Assembly: GCA_963707025.1 (NCBI GenBank)
Contig: CAVPOM010000009.1
Location: forward strand, 64,001-128,000
DNA from: an uncultured Verrucomicrobiae bacterium
GTDB lineage: Bacteria > Verrucomicrobiota > Verrucomicrobiia > Limisphaerales > Palsa-1400
Length of the DNA: 64,000 bases
Reading direction: 5' to 3'
Part shown: positions 1 to 10,999 of the stretch, piece by piece
Position numbering within the stretch: position 1 is the stretch's first letter
How the letters are laid out: the number at the start of each line of letters is the position of its first letter
The notes under the pieces: generated by a model
Seen by the model: only the letters and a program-made list of their open reading frames with translations
What the model was told of the DNA's origin: nothing
Databases searched by the model: none
Translations under genes and position numbers: made by a program

Positions 1-808
1 CCAGCAAAGCCATGAGTACGGTTCCACCTTGTCCGCGTAGGTTAAGGCCGGTTCCAGGGCGAACAGCCCATTGCTCTGCTGAAGGTAAAGGCTATAGGTG
101 CTGGTCCGCCCGGCCTGGCTGCGCCGGACGATCAGATCCTCCCGTCCGTCCCCTTTGAGGTCTCCCACGCTCAGGTCCAATCCAAGCGAGGTGGTGCAGC
201 CCGGGTTGGCCAGGGAGGGCCGCAGGCTGGCCTCCATGGAATGGCCGATGAATTGGGCCTGCTGCCACTGGTCCAGATGTTGCCAGACGTGAATCCCGTC
301 CGCCGCCGGCGCCAGCAGCAGCGGCCAGCCGCGGCCTGTCTCCACCGACAAGGGCAGGAACACCGCGTTGGTGCCTTCCCCAGCCTCCGGCACGAAGGTG
401 GCTTGCCGGATGATTTGCCGGCTGGCGGGAGGGCCGGTTCGATTGGTAAAACAAAGCTCGGTCACTCCCTCGCTGGTCATGACGAGCAAACTCTCGGCCG
501 GCCGGCCCAGTTTGGCCGCCCAGACCACACAGGGCCGATGCTCCAGACGCCAGGTTTGTTGCGGCTGTTGCGTGAAACCTTGTGTGCGATCCTGATAAAA
601 AATGGATAGATCGAGGTCGTCCATCAGCACCAGATCCTTCAGGCCGTCGCCGTCCAGATCGCAAATCATCATCTCCGAGCCTGGGCCGAAGATTTCACTG
701 GCCTTGAATTTCGGTTGGGCCTGAGCGGGCATGCCCGGCCATCAGGGAAAGGCCCAACAGCGCCGGCGGAAGTAATCCCCACCTTGACCTCGCTTTGTTT
801 TGCCTCAT
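1..808 (-). CDS. Secreted FG-GAP/VCBS-repeat protein, runs off the window start; apparent +1 frameshift at ~734-736
   Basis: Not in the ORF track. Manual translation gives signal-like MRQNKARSRWGLLPPALLGLSLMAG (ATG 808), then in another frame MPAQAQPKF...ICDLDGDGLKDLVL...VGDLKGDGREDLIV, i.e. two DxxGDGxxD Ca-binding motifs. Open to position 1. Confidence 0.7.
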
Positions 809-987
809 TTTAAAAATAATTGGCCCACCAGACTGAAGCCGTCACGCGGCTGGACAGCCAGGCCGGATGCTGAACTGCGGCCCGGTCTTTGTCCATCCCG
901 CAGGCAGACCCGCCCGCCGCGGTTGCTTTCTCAAAATGCCGCATAACCCGATGAAGAGGCGCGTGCTGCCTGCTCCATTTTCCCGGC

Positions 988-3030
988 TCAGCGGGCCTGC
1001 AACATTTCCCGCAGTTTCGCCGCCTCCTTCGTCGGGGCCTGGCAGGCCGAGCCGGTGCAGACGAAGACCTGCGGCCCGCCTTTGTCCGGCAGCATTCGGG
1101 CCGACGGCTCGACCGCCCCCGCGTTGCCCAGCACCACTTTGCCCGGCTGATAAACCGAATGGACGGCCCGCAGCAGGGCGGTGGTTTCCGCCCGCCCGGG
1201 GCCGCCGGTCACGACGGCGCGATGCGGTTCTGTCAAATAGAAGTCAAGCGCGAGCAGCAGGTGGGGGACGGCCTGGGGAAATTCCTGCAGCCGCGGCGAG
1301 AGCAGCCCCAGGGTTTTTTCCGCGGCGTCCCTGAATTGGGCGCGGCCGGTGATCGCCGCCAGCCGCAGCAAGGCCAGCGCCGCCACCGCATTGCCCGACG
1401 GCTCGGCCCCGTCGTAATCATCCTTCACCCGCAAAATCAGGTCTTTGGCCCCGGCGGTGGTGTCGAAAAAGCCGCCGGCTTCCGGATCGTAAAACCGGGC
1501 CAGCATGGCCTCGGCCAGGGCCAGCGCAAAATCCAGGTGCGCCGGCTCCAGCGTTGTCTCGTAGAGGTCGAGTGTTCCGGCCAGCAGTTCCGCGTAAGCC
1601 CGCAGTAATTGCACCGTGTCCCGCTCGCCGTCGCGCCAGCGATGATAAAGGGTTTGGCCGTCCCACAGTTTTTCCCGCAGAAAAGCCAGGTTTTTCTCCG
1701 CCGCCGCGCGGCAACGGTCGTCGCCCAGGACCAGCGCGGCCCGGGCCAGCGCCCCCAGCATCATGCCGTTCCACGAGGCCAGGACTTTGTCATCCAGGTG
1801 CGGGCGGACGCGGCGGGAGCGGGCGTCAAACATTTTTTTCCGGGCGGAATCGAGCCATTTCATGGCGGCGGGCGGGAGCGCCGGGTCCGCCACGCGCAAT
1901 ACGTTCTGGTTGGGCAGCGGCGCGGGATCGCTGTGGTCGGTGAAATTGCCGTGGTCCGTCAGGCCGAAATAGCGCGAGGCGGCCTGGAATTCCTCCGGGG
2001 CCAGCAATTGGGACAGTTCCGCCGTTGTCCAGCAGTAAAACTTTCCCTCCTTGCCTTCGCTGTCGGCGTCCTCGGCGGAATAAAAACCGCCTTGGGGATG
2101 GGTCATGTCGCGCAGCACGTAAGCGATGATGCCGCGGGCGACGGCGGCGTGCCGGGCCTCCCCGCTGACCAGGAAGGCGTCCAGATAAAGGTTGAGCAAC
2201 TGGGCGTTGTCGTAGAGCATCTTTTCAAAATGCGGGACGAGCCATTGCGCGTCCACCGAGTAGCGGGCAAAGCCGCCGCCCAGTTGATCGTGCATCCCGC
2301 CCGCGGCCATGGCGTCGCAGGTGTGCAGGACCATGCGCACCGCCGCGGCGTCCTTGGCGCGGAGGCCGTAGCGCAGGAGAAAGGCCGGCAGGCTGGGCCG
2401 GGGAAACTTGGGCGCGCCGCCGAAGCCGCCGTGTTGGGGGTCGTATTCCTGCTTGAACTTGGCGGCGGCCTGGTCCAGCAGCCGGGGCGCGAGCGCGGCG
2501 TTGCCCGGCGGCGGCAAAACGAAGCCCGCCAGCCGGCCGTGCAAATCCTCCGCCGAAGCCAGCACTTTATCCCGGCTGGACTGCCAGAGTTTGGCGATCT
2601 GCCGCAAGATGTGCAGGAAGCCCGGCTGCCCGTATTTGCCCGCCGGCGGAAAATAGGTGCCGGCGTAAAACGGCTTGAGCTCGGGAGTGAGGAAGCAATT
2701 GAGCGGCCAGCCGCCCTGGCCGGTCATGGCCTGGGCCGTTGTCATATATATCTTGTCCACGTCGGGCCGTTCCTCCCGGTCCACTTTGATGCTGATGAAA
2801 TGGGCCTGGAGAAAAGCCGCGATCTCGCCGTTCTCGAACGATTCCCGTTCCATGACGTGGCACCAGTGGCAGGTGGAATAGCCGATGCTCAGGAAGATCG
2901 GTTTGTCCTCCTGGCGGGCGCGGGCGAAGGCCTCCTCGCCCCATGGGAACCAATCCACCGGATTGTGCTGGTGTTGCAGCAGGTAGGGCGATTTCTCGCG
3001 CGCCAGGCGGTTGGTATTTTGAGCGGACAC
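988..3030 (-). CDS. Thioredoxin-domain protein, DUF255/YyaL (SPATA20-like)
   Basis: [41 protein letters not shown] and [11 protein letters not shown] motifs. Confidence 0.92.
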   Translation of the reverse strand: MSAQNTNRLAREKSPYLLQHQHNPVDWFPWGEEAFARARQEDKPIFLSIGYSTCHWCHVMERESFENGEIAAFLQAHFISIKVDREERPDVDKIYMTTAQAMTGQGGWPLNCFLTPELKPFYAGTYFPPAGKYGQPGFLHILRQIAKLWQSSRDKVLASAEDLHGRLAGFVLPPPGNAALAPRLLDQAAAKFKQEYDPQHGGFGGAPKFPRPSLPAFLLRYGLRAKDAAAVRMVLHTCDAMAAGGMHDQLGGGFARYSVDAQWLVPHFEKMLYDNAQLLNLYLDAFLVSGEARHAAVARGIIAYVLRDMTHPQGGFYSAEDADSEGKEGKFYCWTTAELSQLLAPEEFQAASRYFGLTDHGNFTDHSDPAPLPNQNVLRVADPALPPAAMKWLDSARKKMFDARSRRVRPHLDDKVLASWNGMMLGALARAALVLGDDRCRAAAEKNLAFLREKLWDGQTLYHRWRDGERDTVQLLRAYAELLAGTLDLYETTLEPAHLDFALALAEAMLARFYDPEAGGFFDTTAGAKDLILRVKDDYDGAEPSGNAVAALALLRLAAITGRAQFRDAAEKTLGLLSPRLQEFPQAVPHLLLALDFYLTEPHRAVVTGGPGRAETTALLRAVHSVYQPGKVVLGNAGAVEPSARMLPDKGGPQVFVCTGSACQAPTKEAAKLREMLQAR

Positions 3031-3085
3031 AACGTTATTTTAAAGGAAGAGTTTTAAAACCGCCAATGGTAATAAATGGGGGCTT

Positions 3086-6000
3086 TCAGGCGCTGCCTTC
3101 CACGAGTTGAATTTCCTTCTCCGTCAGGCCGTAGAGATTGTAAACCAACGCGTCTATTTGCCGGTCGGCGGCGGTGACCGCGTTCTGCAACGTCATCCGC
3201 TCCGACTCGCTCCGCGCCTGCCGCAGCCTGGGCATCAACCCCAGCAGCTTGTCCACCAAGTTGACCAATTTGTCGTGCCGCGGCTTGTCGGCGGATTTAG
3301 AGAAATCTATGCGACGGATTGGCAGTTTTGAAACACTGTTCCAGAAGTATTCGTAAATTCCTCCTCCCTTCAATTTGCCAATAGAACGGAAGCGCAGAGT
3401 GAGCAACTTGGAATTCAGGAGGCCGAGCAGATATTTTAGAGATTCCGGCTGACCGTTGTCAAAAAGGACAATCGTATCGGTCAGGCTTAAGTATTCTCCG
3501 CCCTCGACTAACGCAAAACGGTTTTCAGCCGCGAGGAACGGACTTATTAGGCGTGAGCGGGAATAGTATTCGCGATGCAAGGGCCAGGTGAATCTCCACC
3601 AATCGCAGTTTCCCCGTTTGTAAGCGGCACGCGCCTTGAGTTTGGCTGAGCACGCTTCAAGATGCTTACGCAATCCCGCAGGCAATTTCTCAAACGACGG
3701 GCTGTCTTCGACATAAAGCAGAACTTCTCCCCGATGGCGTATCTCATATCGTTGAATGTCGCTGTTAGATACCCGGAATCGAAAAAGCTTTTCGGGAACT
3801 TTCCATGCTCGCATCTCTGCAATGGTGCGTTCTCCGAAGACATCATTGCACCCGGTCTGCATACCCTGGCCGATCTGCAAAATCTTTCCGAGCGCTTTCC
3901 CAACGGCATCCAGCTTCGCGTTAAGGGCCGCTCTGTCTGGTGGATCAAAAGTCCAAACAGCCGATGACAGCGAAGTGCGCGGAATGTTATAGTGCTCGAA
4001 GACGTCGTGCTTTGGCAGCAGCTCATGAATTGATCGAGCAGGTAGTACATCCTGCGAAAGTTTATAGACCTCCAAGTATCTGGTGGCTGGCTCTTTCTCA
4101 AGCTGCAAAACGCACGTCGTGATGCCAACGCCGTCAAAAACATAAAAGTTCCGAAAGTCCACAATTCGCGTAACAGCGCATTTGCTTGCAAGAAAACCGC
4201 GGAGCTTATCCGCTTTGAAGGCTTCAAGGAAGGCACGCGACACAATGAAACCCACTTTGTTTCGGCTTAACTCATAGCCTTTTGCGATGAAATAGAAAAG
4301 TATGTCGGTCTTGTCATTATAGATCTGAGGATACTGGAGTTTGATTGCCTCAAGCTGAATGTCTCCTTTTCCCCATGTGTCGTCGATGTTCAAGTAGGGC
4401 GGATTGCCCACAACAGCGTCAAACCCGCCCGATTTCATGATGTCCTTGAAGCCGATGTTCCAGTCGAAGGCGCGCACGCGCACGAGGTCATCGGGTATCA
4501 TCGAGAAGTCGGAGGCTATGAGCGAGTTGCCGCATTGGATGTTCTTCTCCAGCGGCGGCAGAAGAGGGTCGTCATCGTCCGGCAAAAGTTCGCGCTGGCG
4601 CTGGAGGGTGTTGCGGTTCTCGTGCTCCAGCATCTTGAGGTAAAGGGAGAGTTGCGTCACTTCCACCGCGCCGGGGTCCAGATCCACGCCAAAGACATTA
4701 CTGGTGAGAATCCGGCGCTTGAGCGCCATGGTCAGGTGGACATCCCCGGTGCTTTCATCCACCCAGCACCATTTGCCTTTGCGCTCGCCGGGTGTGGACA
4801 GGAGCCATTGCTGCCAGTGTTCGCACACCACCTCGAACACGCGCAGGAGAAAGCTGCCCGAACCGCAGGCGGGATCGAGAAAGTGAAGTTTCAAGGTGGC
4901 TTCCGGCTTGGCCTGGTGCAGAAGCTTCTCAACCGTCTGCGCCACGATGTATTCGACGATGTAGCGCGGGGTGTAGTAAACCCCGCCCGCTTTTCGGACT
5001 TCCGGCTTTTCCTCGATGGTCACACCGCGTCCTTGCGGACGGACCACCTTGCCGAGAAACCGCTCGTAAATCGTGCCGAGGATTTCCACGGGCATGTAGC
5101 TAAAAAGGTAAGGCGATTCCTCGTCGCTCAAATCAGCCACGAACCCGGCGAGCCAGCCGTCTCCCACCACCAATTCCTCGCTGAAATGGGGCTTGAAAAG
5201 GTTGCCGTTGAAGAAGGGAACATGGGAAGGCGGACGGCGATCCAGCGCGCGGAAATGGCGGACGATGGCGCGCCAGAGCGAATCCCTCGGAGCGCGCAGG
5301 CCAGCGTAACCGAAACCGGCGGGCGGTTCCTCATGCAGTTCCAAAGGCTTCTGGTGGGCGCGGACAGCATCTTCCTTGTGGTAATTTCGCTCCCAGGTTT
5401 GGACGATGGATTCGAGCAACACGCCCGTGTCAATATCGCGGGCTTCGCAGATGCGCAGAAAGAGAATGCGGTCCATGATGTGCTGGACGGCTTCGTTGAG
5501 TTTGTTGCCTTCGAGCAGGTCGGCGCGGTCGTTGTTGCGGATCAGGTCGAAGCCAAGCTCGCGCCGGGCTTGGTCCAGAAAATTCAAAAACTCCACATCG
5601 AGCGCGCGGGAAGGGTCGGGTTTGAGGAGCCATTGCTGGCGGGCCTTGCCTTTGCCCACAGGGGTTTTAGGCAGTGTTTCAATCAATTGGTCAATGCTGC
5701 CGGCGGCGGTTTTGTCGCGGGCGAGCAGGTTCCAAATCTCCTGCGCCACCAGCGGGAGTTCGCGAAAGTGCCATGTTTTCCAAAGGCCGGCCAGCGGCTC
5801 ATCCAGGTACGGCCTGCCGCCGACGATGTAGATTTTAAACTCCTCAAAATTGGTCAGGATGGCCAGAGGCAGATTCTTGTTCCAAGCATAGCGTTTGGCT
5901 TGGAAGGCGCTACCTGAGTGAAGTTCGTCCGCAGGTTTCTTGGCTTCGCAAACAAACTGGTCATGACCCTCGGTGCGGAAAAGATAATCGGCGCGCTTTT

Positions 6001-6235
6001 GCCGCCCGCCGATTTCCGTGCGGCTCTCGATCTCGACTTCACGCTTGGTTTGAATCAGTCCGGCGCTATTCTCCAAATTCCAGCCCAGCGAGCGGAAGAA
6101 GGGATTGAGAAAATCGTCCCGCAGTTGCGCTTCCACGTAGCCGGAACCTTTGAACTCCGCCAGACTGCGTTCGAAGATGCCGGCCAGACGAGACAGTTCC
6201 TTCTCGAATGATTCAAAGCTGGCGGCCTTCGGCAT
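3086..6235 (-). CDS. Type IIG (Eco57I/TaqI-like) fused restriction endonuclease / N6-adenine methyltransferase
   Basis: N-terminal nuclease (KRADY...VCEAKKP...QAKRYAW...LTNF), GVYYTP, motif I FLDPACGSGSF, motif IV GNPPY, and a TaqI_C-like C-terminus (YLLGLLNSKLL...LPIRRIDF). Confidence 0.9.
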   Translation of the reverse strand: MPKAASFESFEKELSRLAGIFERSLAEFKGSGYVEAQLRDDFLNPFFRSLGWNLENSAGLIQTKREVEIESRTEIGGRQKRADYLFRTEGHDQFVCEAKKPADELHSGSAFQAKRYAWNKNLPLAILTNFEEFKIYIVGGRPYLDEPLAGLWKTWHFRELPLVAQEIWNLLARDKTAAGSIDQLIETLPKTPVGKGKARQQWLLKPDPSRALDVEFLNFLDQARRELGFDLIRNNDRADLLEGNKLNEAVQHIMDRILFLRICEARDIDTGVLLESIVQTWERNYHKEDAVRAHQKPLELHEEPPAGFGYAGLRAPRDSLWRAIVRHFRALDRRPPSHVPFFNGNLFKPHFSEELVVGDGWLAGFVADLSDEESPYLFSYMPVEILGTIYERFLGKVVRPQGRGVTIEEKPEVRKAGGVYYTPRYIVEYIVAQTVEKLLHQAKPEATLKLHFLDPACGSGSFLLRVFEVVCEHWQQWLLSTPGERKGKWCWVDESTGDVHLTMALKRRILTSNVFGVDLDPGAVEVTQLSLYLKMLEHENRNTLQRQRELLPDDDDPLLPPLEKNIQCGNSLIASDFSMIPDDLVRVRAFDWNIGFKDIMKSGGFDAVVGNPPYLNIDDTWGKGDIQLEAIKLQYPQIYNDKTDILFYFIAKGYELSRNKVGFIVSRAFLEAFKADKLRGFLASKCAVTRIVDFRNFYVFDGVGITTCVLQLEKEPATRYLEVYKLSQDVLPARSIHELLPKHDVFEHYNIPRTSLSSAVWTFDPPDRAALNAKLDAVGKALGKILQIGQGMQTGCNDVFGERTIAEMRAWKVPEKLFRFRVSNSDIQRYEIRHRGEVLLYVEDSPSFEKLPAGLRKHLEACSAKLKARAAYKRGNCDWWRFTWPLHREYYSRSRLISPFLAAENRFALVEGGEYLSLTDTIVLFDNGQPESLKYLLGLLNSKLLTLRFRSIGKLKGGGIYEYFWNSVSKLPIRRIDFSKSADKPRHDKLVNLVDKLLGLMPRLRQARSESERMTLQNAVTAADRQIDALVYNLYGLTEKEIQLVEGSA

Positions 6236-6407
6236 GGGAATTGTTTAACGGAGAATCGCCGCCGCGGCAACTCAGGAAAAAACGGCCTTCCTCCCCGCTC
6301 CGGGACAAAATCCTCCTGCACCAGCCCTGCCTATGGAAAGCGCCGGAGATTTTTCTCTCGCTTATTGGGCCGGGCGGGGGCACACATGGGCTTCTTAATT
6401 TTCGGCC

Positions 6408-7946
6408 ATGGAACAAATTGTCATCCTGGATTTTGGTTCGCAATTCACGCAGGTGATCGCCCGGCGGATTCGCGAGTGCCACGTCTATTCCACCATCCTG
6501 CGCTACGACACGCCGGCTTCCACCCTGGCCGGGCTGACCCCCAAGGGGCTGATTCTCTCCGGCGGACCTTCCAGCGTTTATGCGAAGGAGGCGCCGTTGC
6601 CGGATGGCGGCATTTTCGAGCTGGGCATTCCCATCCTCGGCATTTGCTACGGGGTGCAATTGCTCACCCATTTTCTGGGAGGCAAGGTCGAGCCGGGCCA
6701 GAAACGCGAGTACGGCAAGGGTGCCTTGTCGGTGAAGGACCGCGCCTCCGCCCTGTTTGCCAATTTGCCGGAAACCCTGCAAGTCTGGAATTCGCACGGG
6801 GACAAACTGACGCGGATGCCCAAAGGCTTCAAGGCCGTGGCGGCCTCGGACAACTCGGAGTTCGCGGCCATCGAAGACCCCGCCCGGAATTTTTACGGGC
6901 TGCAATTTCACCCGGAAGTGGCGCACACGCCGCGCGGGCGGGAAATCATCGCCAATTTTGTCCACGGCATTTGCGGCTGCGGCCAGCAATGGACGATGCG
7001 CCATTTCGCCGGCCAGGCGGTGGAGGAAATCCAGGCGCAAATCGGCGGGGAACGGGTCATCCTGGGACTGAGCGGGGGGGTGGATTCGAGCGTGGCGGCG
7101 GCCCTGCTGCACAAGGCGGTGGGCAGCCGGCTGACCTGCATTTTTGTCAACAATGGTTTATTGCGGGCGGGCGAGGCGGCGGTGGTGCGGGAGGTGTTCG
7201 GGCGGCATTTCAAAATCAAGCTGCACTACCGGAACGCCTCGCGCCTGTTTCTCGGCCGGCTCAAAGGGGTGTCCGATCCGGAGCGCAAACGCAAAATCAT
7301 CGGCAAGACTTTCATCCAGGTTTTCGCCCAGGCGGCCCGGCGGGCGGGCCGCGCCCGGTTCCTGGCCCAGGGCACGCTGTATCCCGATGTCATCGAATCG
7401 GTGCCCATCGGCGGCAACCCGGCGGCCTTGATCAAGAGCCACCACAACGTGGGCGGCCTGCCCAAGAACTTGAAATTCAAATTGACAGAGCCGCTGAAAT
7501 GCCTGTTCAAGGATGAGGTCCGGCAACTGGGCCTGGAATTGGGGCTGCCCAAGGAAATCCTTTTTCGCCAGCCGTTTCCCGGACCGGGCCTGGCCGTGCG
7601 CATCCTGGGGGCGGTGACGCCGAAGCGTTGCGAGATTTTGCGCGCGGCGGACAGCATTGTGGTGGAGGAAATGAAAGCCAGCGGCTGGTATTACAAAATC
7701 TGGCAGAGCTTTGCCGTCCTGCTCCCGGTGCGCAGCGTGGGGGTGATGGGCGACGAACGGACTTACGAAAACACCATCGTCATCCGCGCGGTGGAATCGC
7801 AGGACGGCATGACGGCCGACTGGGCCAAGCTGCCCTACGAGCTGCTGGAAAAGCTGTCCAACCGGATCATCAACGAAGTCAAGGGCGTCAACCGCGTCTG
7901 CCTGGACATCTCCAGCAAACCGCCGGCCACGATCGAGTGGGAGTGA
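6408..7946 (+). CDS. guaA: GMP synthase (glutamine-hydrolysing)
   Basis: [35 protein letters not shown] and KPPATIEWE. Confidence 0.98.
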   Translation: MEQIVILDFGSQFTQVIARRIRECHVYSTILRYDTPASTLAGLTPKGLILSGGPSSVYAKEAPLPDGGIFELGIPILGICYGVQLLTHFLGGKVEPGQKREYGKGALSVKDRASALFANLPETLQVWNSHGDKLTRMPKGFKAVAASDNSEFAAIEDPARNFYGLQFHPEVAHTPRGREIIANFVHGICGCGQQWTMRHFAGQAVEEIQAQIGGERVILGLSGGVDSSVAAALLHKAVGSRLTCIFVNNGLLRAGEAAVVREVFGRHFKIKLHYRNASRLFLGRLKGVSDPERKRKIIGKTFIQVFAQAARRAGRARFLAQGTLYPDVIESVPIGGNPAALIKSHHNVGGLPKNLKFKLTEPLKCLFKDEVRQLGLELGLPKEILFRQPFPGPGLAVRILGAVTPKRCEILRAADSIVVEEMKASGWYYKIWQSFAVLLPVRSVGVMGDERTYENTIVIRAVESQDGMTADWAKLPYELLEKLSNRIINEVKGVNRVCLDISSKPPATIEWE

Positions 7947-7956
7947 GAGCCGGACG

Positions 7957-8901
7957 CTATTGGATTCTTTCGATTTGGACGGAGGCGGAGACGGCGGGGG
8001 GAGGCGGCTTGGGCCTGGTCAAGCAGCCGCGCCAAAAACCCAGGCCATAGACAATATGGCTGACAAAAATTAACCCCATGATTTGCGGAAGCCAAAACCA
8101 TTTGCGCATGGGCAGCAGCGCGATGGACTGGACCACGACGGCGGCCAGGTAAAGCAAGGCAGGCCAGCGCGCGAGCGGCGGCAAAAAAGCCAGGGCCAGG
8201 AGGTAAAGGCAAAAGAGGGGCGGAACGAAATTGGGGGCGGAACCCAAGGTGGGATGGAGACGGAATTGCTCGGCGCGGCCGCGGCCATAGCGCCAGAGCA
8301 TTTTGCAGAAGGAACCGAAGTTCGGACGCGGCGGGCGGTGGACAATGAGGCCGGGATCGTAGAGGAGCCGGCCGCCGCGCTTTTGCAGTTCGTCCATCAG
8401 GGCGTTTTCTTCGTTGGGATAAAGCGATTCATTGAAGCCGCCGAGTTGGAGAAGATCATCGCGCCGGGCGAGAAGATTGCAGAGGATCAGTTCCTTTTCA
8501 CTGGAGGGGCGGACGCGGCCGCGGGCGCGATAACGGGAGCAGCTCGGCCCAAAAGCGAGCCAACTGCCCATGGCCAGGGCGAAGGCCTGTTGCAAAGCGG
8601 GGGCGCCGGGCGGGCAGAGGCTGGGGCCGCCGGCCATTTTGACGGCGGGGGATTGGAAATGGTCCAGGCCGCGGCGCAGATTGCCGGGCGGCGCGATGGC
8701 ATCGTCGTCCAAAAAATAAATGATGTCGCCGCGGGAGGCGAGGAGGGCGGCGTTGCGCTGGACGGAGGGCTGGCGGCCGCGGGCGAGAAGGATTTCAACT
8801 TGGGCGGCCGGATAATCCAATTTCCGGGCGGCGGCGACGGCGCGGACCTCGGCCTGTTCGGGCCGGGCGGCAATGATGATGGTGACGGAAAGCTCGCGCA
8901 C
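7957..8901 (-). CDS. Glycosyltransferase family 2 with C-terminal membrane segments
   Basis: QRNAAL..SRGDIIYFLDDD, GGFNESL, YGRGR motifs and a hydrophobic C-terminus. Confidence 0.85.
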   Translation of the reverse strand: MRELSVTIIIAARPEQAEVRAVAAARKLDYPAAQVEILLARGRQPSVQRNAALLASRGDIIYFLDDDAIAPPGNLRRGLDHFQSPAVKMAGGPSLCPPGAPALQQAFALAMGSWLAFGPSCSRYRARGRVRPSSEKELILCNLLARRDDLLQLGGFNESLYPNEENALMDELQKRGGRLLYDPGLIVHRPPRPNFGSFCKMLWRYGRGRAEQFRLHPTLGSAPNFVPPLFCLYLLALAFLPPLARWPALLYLAAVVVQSIALLPMRKWFWLPQIMGLIFVSHIVYGLGFWRGCLTRPKPPPPAVSASVQIERIQ

Positions 8902-8943
8902 GAGGCAAAAGCTAAAGGGCGGGAGGAGTTGGAGACGGCGGCG

Positions 8944-9147
8944 TTATGGCCCGATGATCTCGACGATGCTGTCTGTTTCGATAAGCACCACCTCGTCCTC
9001 GCCCAAATAAGTTATGAGATGATAATCCTTGGGCGCGCCGACATCCCTGGGTTCTTTGAAAAGATATCGCGCGCCATTGTTGAGGCGGACGCCAAAGGGG
9101 CGAAACGGCTGGCGTTCCACCAAACGCTTGATGTCTTTGACTTTCAT
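8944..9147 (-). CDS. Small hypothetical protein (67 aa)
   Basis: MKVKDIKRLVERQPFRPFGVRLNNG resembles a PVC small-protein family; a TAGCTT -10 lies 6 nt before the ATG. Confidence 0.7.
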   Translation of the reverse strand: MKVKDIKRLVERQPFRPFGVRLNNGARYLFKEPRDVGAPKDYHLITYLGEDEVVLIETDSIVEIIGP

Positions 9148-9267
9148 CGCGTAAAGCTAACGCCCGACGCGGGGTTGGGCAAGGCTGGGATGATTGACGT
9201 TGGCGGAGGCTGGAATTGGGCCTTTCGCAACGGCGTTTTTGACTTATACTGAACGGGTTGTCACATC

Positions 9268-9828
9268 ATGGACGAAACTGTTTCTACTGAATTGAAGCGC
9301 GATTGCCAGGGGATCCAAATTCCGCTGGGCACGGCGATGACGCTGAAGGCGGGCACGCCGGCCCGGATCACGCAATCCCTGGGAGGCAGCTATACGGTGC
9401 AGTGCCCGGATGGCTTGTTTCGCATCGCCGCGCAAGACGCGGACGCGCTGGGGCTGGAAGCCGGCGCCCCGCCCGCGCCGGGGGCGGCGGCCCAGCGAGC
9501 CGGGGCGGCGGAGCCGGCGGATGAGCAGCGGATTTGGGAGACGCTCCGGACGTGCTTTGATCCGGAAATTCCGGTGAATATTGTTGACCTTGGCCTGGTT
9601 TATGACCTGCACCTTGAAAGGCTGGCCAGCGGGAACAGCCGGGTGCTGGTCAAGATGACCCTGACCGCGCCCGGCTGCGGCATGGGGACGGCCATCGCCT
9701 CGGATGCGCGGGACAAGCTGCTTTATTTGCCGGGGGTGGAGGACGCGGCGGTGGAGATTGTGTGGGACCCGCCGTGGCATCAGTCCATGATTACGGCGGA
9801 AGGGCGGAGGATATTGGGTTTGGAATAG
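9268..9828 (+). CDS. sufT: Fe-S cluster assembly protein SufT (DUF59)
   Basis: ITQSLGGSYTV, FDPEIPVNIVDLGLVY, MTLTAPGCGMG and VWDPPW. Confidence 0.9.
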   Translation: MDETVSTELKRDCQGIQIPLGTAMTLKAGTPARITQSLGGSYTVQCPDGLFRIAAQDADALGLEAGAPPAPGAAAQRAGAAEPADEQRIWETLRTCFDPEIPVNIVDLGLVYDLHLERLASGNSRVLVKMTLTAPGCGMGTAIASDARDKLLYLPGVEDAAVEIVWDPPWHQSMITAEGRRILGLE

Positions 9829-9960
9829 GCTTTGCATGGCGTCATGCGTCAGGGATGGGTGCAAATTAGGACACTGCCTCCATTTCTGGTTGCGCGGCGG
9901 CAGCGGATCAATTACGCTAAAAGGGTCGTTCTTTTGTCCAATTACGCACGTTGTCCTTTT

Positions 9961-10950
9961 ATGAAAACAATGACTGCCCCCGAACAAAGGGGAAACGCCG
10001 CCGCGGCCAAGCCGCTCAACCAACTGGAACAGTTGCGCCAGTGGACGCGCGTGGTGGCCGATACTGGCGATTTTGACCTGATCAAGGATTATGCGCCGGA
10101 GGACGCCACCACCAACCCCAGCCTGATTCTCAAAGCCGCGCAAAAGCCGGAGCATCAATCCCTCCTGCGGCAGGCGATCGCCGATGGCAAAAAGGCGGGG
10201 AGTTCGACCGACGACATCCTGCGGCAAATCCTGGTCTTGTTTGGCTGCGAGATTTTGAAGGTCGTGCCCGGCCGGGTTTCCACCGAGACCAGCGCCAAGC
10301 TGGCCTTTGACACGGCGGCGCTGATTGACGAGGCCCGCGGCTTCATTGCCAGCTACGCCAAAAGGGGGATTGGCCGGGAGCGCATTCTGATCAAGCTGGC
10401 GACCACCTGGGAAGGCATCCAGGCGGCCAAAGTCCTGCAAAAGGAGGGGATCAACTGCAACATGACGCTGCTCTTTTCGCTGGTCCAGGCGGTGGCCTGC
10501 GCGGAAGCGGGGGCCAAATTGATCTCGCCGTTTGTGGGGCGCATTCTTGACTGGCACAAAAAAAACACGGGGCGGAATTACGCGGCGGCCGAGGATCCCG
10601 GGGTGCTGTCCGTGCGCGAGATTTACGCCTATTACAAAAAATACGGATACCCGACGGAGGTGATGGGCGCGAGTTTCCGCAGCCGGGAGGAGGTTTTGGA
10701 ACTGGCCGGGTGCGATCTGCTCACGATCAGCCCGGAATTGCTGGGCGAATTGAAGGCCAGCACGGAAAGAGTGGCGCGCAAATTGGCCCCGGATGCCGGC
10801 GCGCAACTGCAAGTGTCGAGGTTTTCGCCCGACGAAAAAGGGTTCCGCTGGATGCTCAACGAAAGCGCCATGGCCACCGAAAAATTGTCCGAAGGCATCC
10901 GGGTGTTCGCAGCCGACGCGGCCAAGCTGGCGGCGTTGGTAAGCAAGTGA
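9961..10950 (+). CDS. tal: Transaldolase
   Basis: [28 protein letters not shown] and LISPFVGRI; start placed at ATG 9961. Confidence 0.95.
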   Translation: MKTMTAPEQRGNAAAAKPLNQLEQLRQWTRVVADTGDFDLIKDYAPEDATTNPSLILKAAQKPEHQSLLRQAIADGKKAGSSTDDILRQILVLFGCEILKVVPGRVSTETSAKLAFDTAALIDEARGFIASYAKRGIGRERILIKLATTWEGIQAAKVLQKEGINCNMTLLFSLVQAVACAEAGAKLISPFVGRILDWHKKNTGRNYAAAEDPGVLSVREIYAYYKKYGYPTEVMGASFRSREEVLELAGCDLLTISPELLGELKASTERVARKLAPDAGAQLQVSRFSPDEKGFRWMLNESAMATEKLSEGIRVFAADAAKLAALVSK

Positions 10951-10999
10951 GTTCTGGTTTGGCCGGCGCAGGCCCTGGGGCGCCGAAGCGGCTTTGGCT

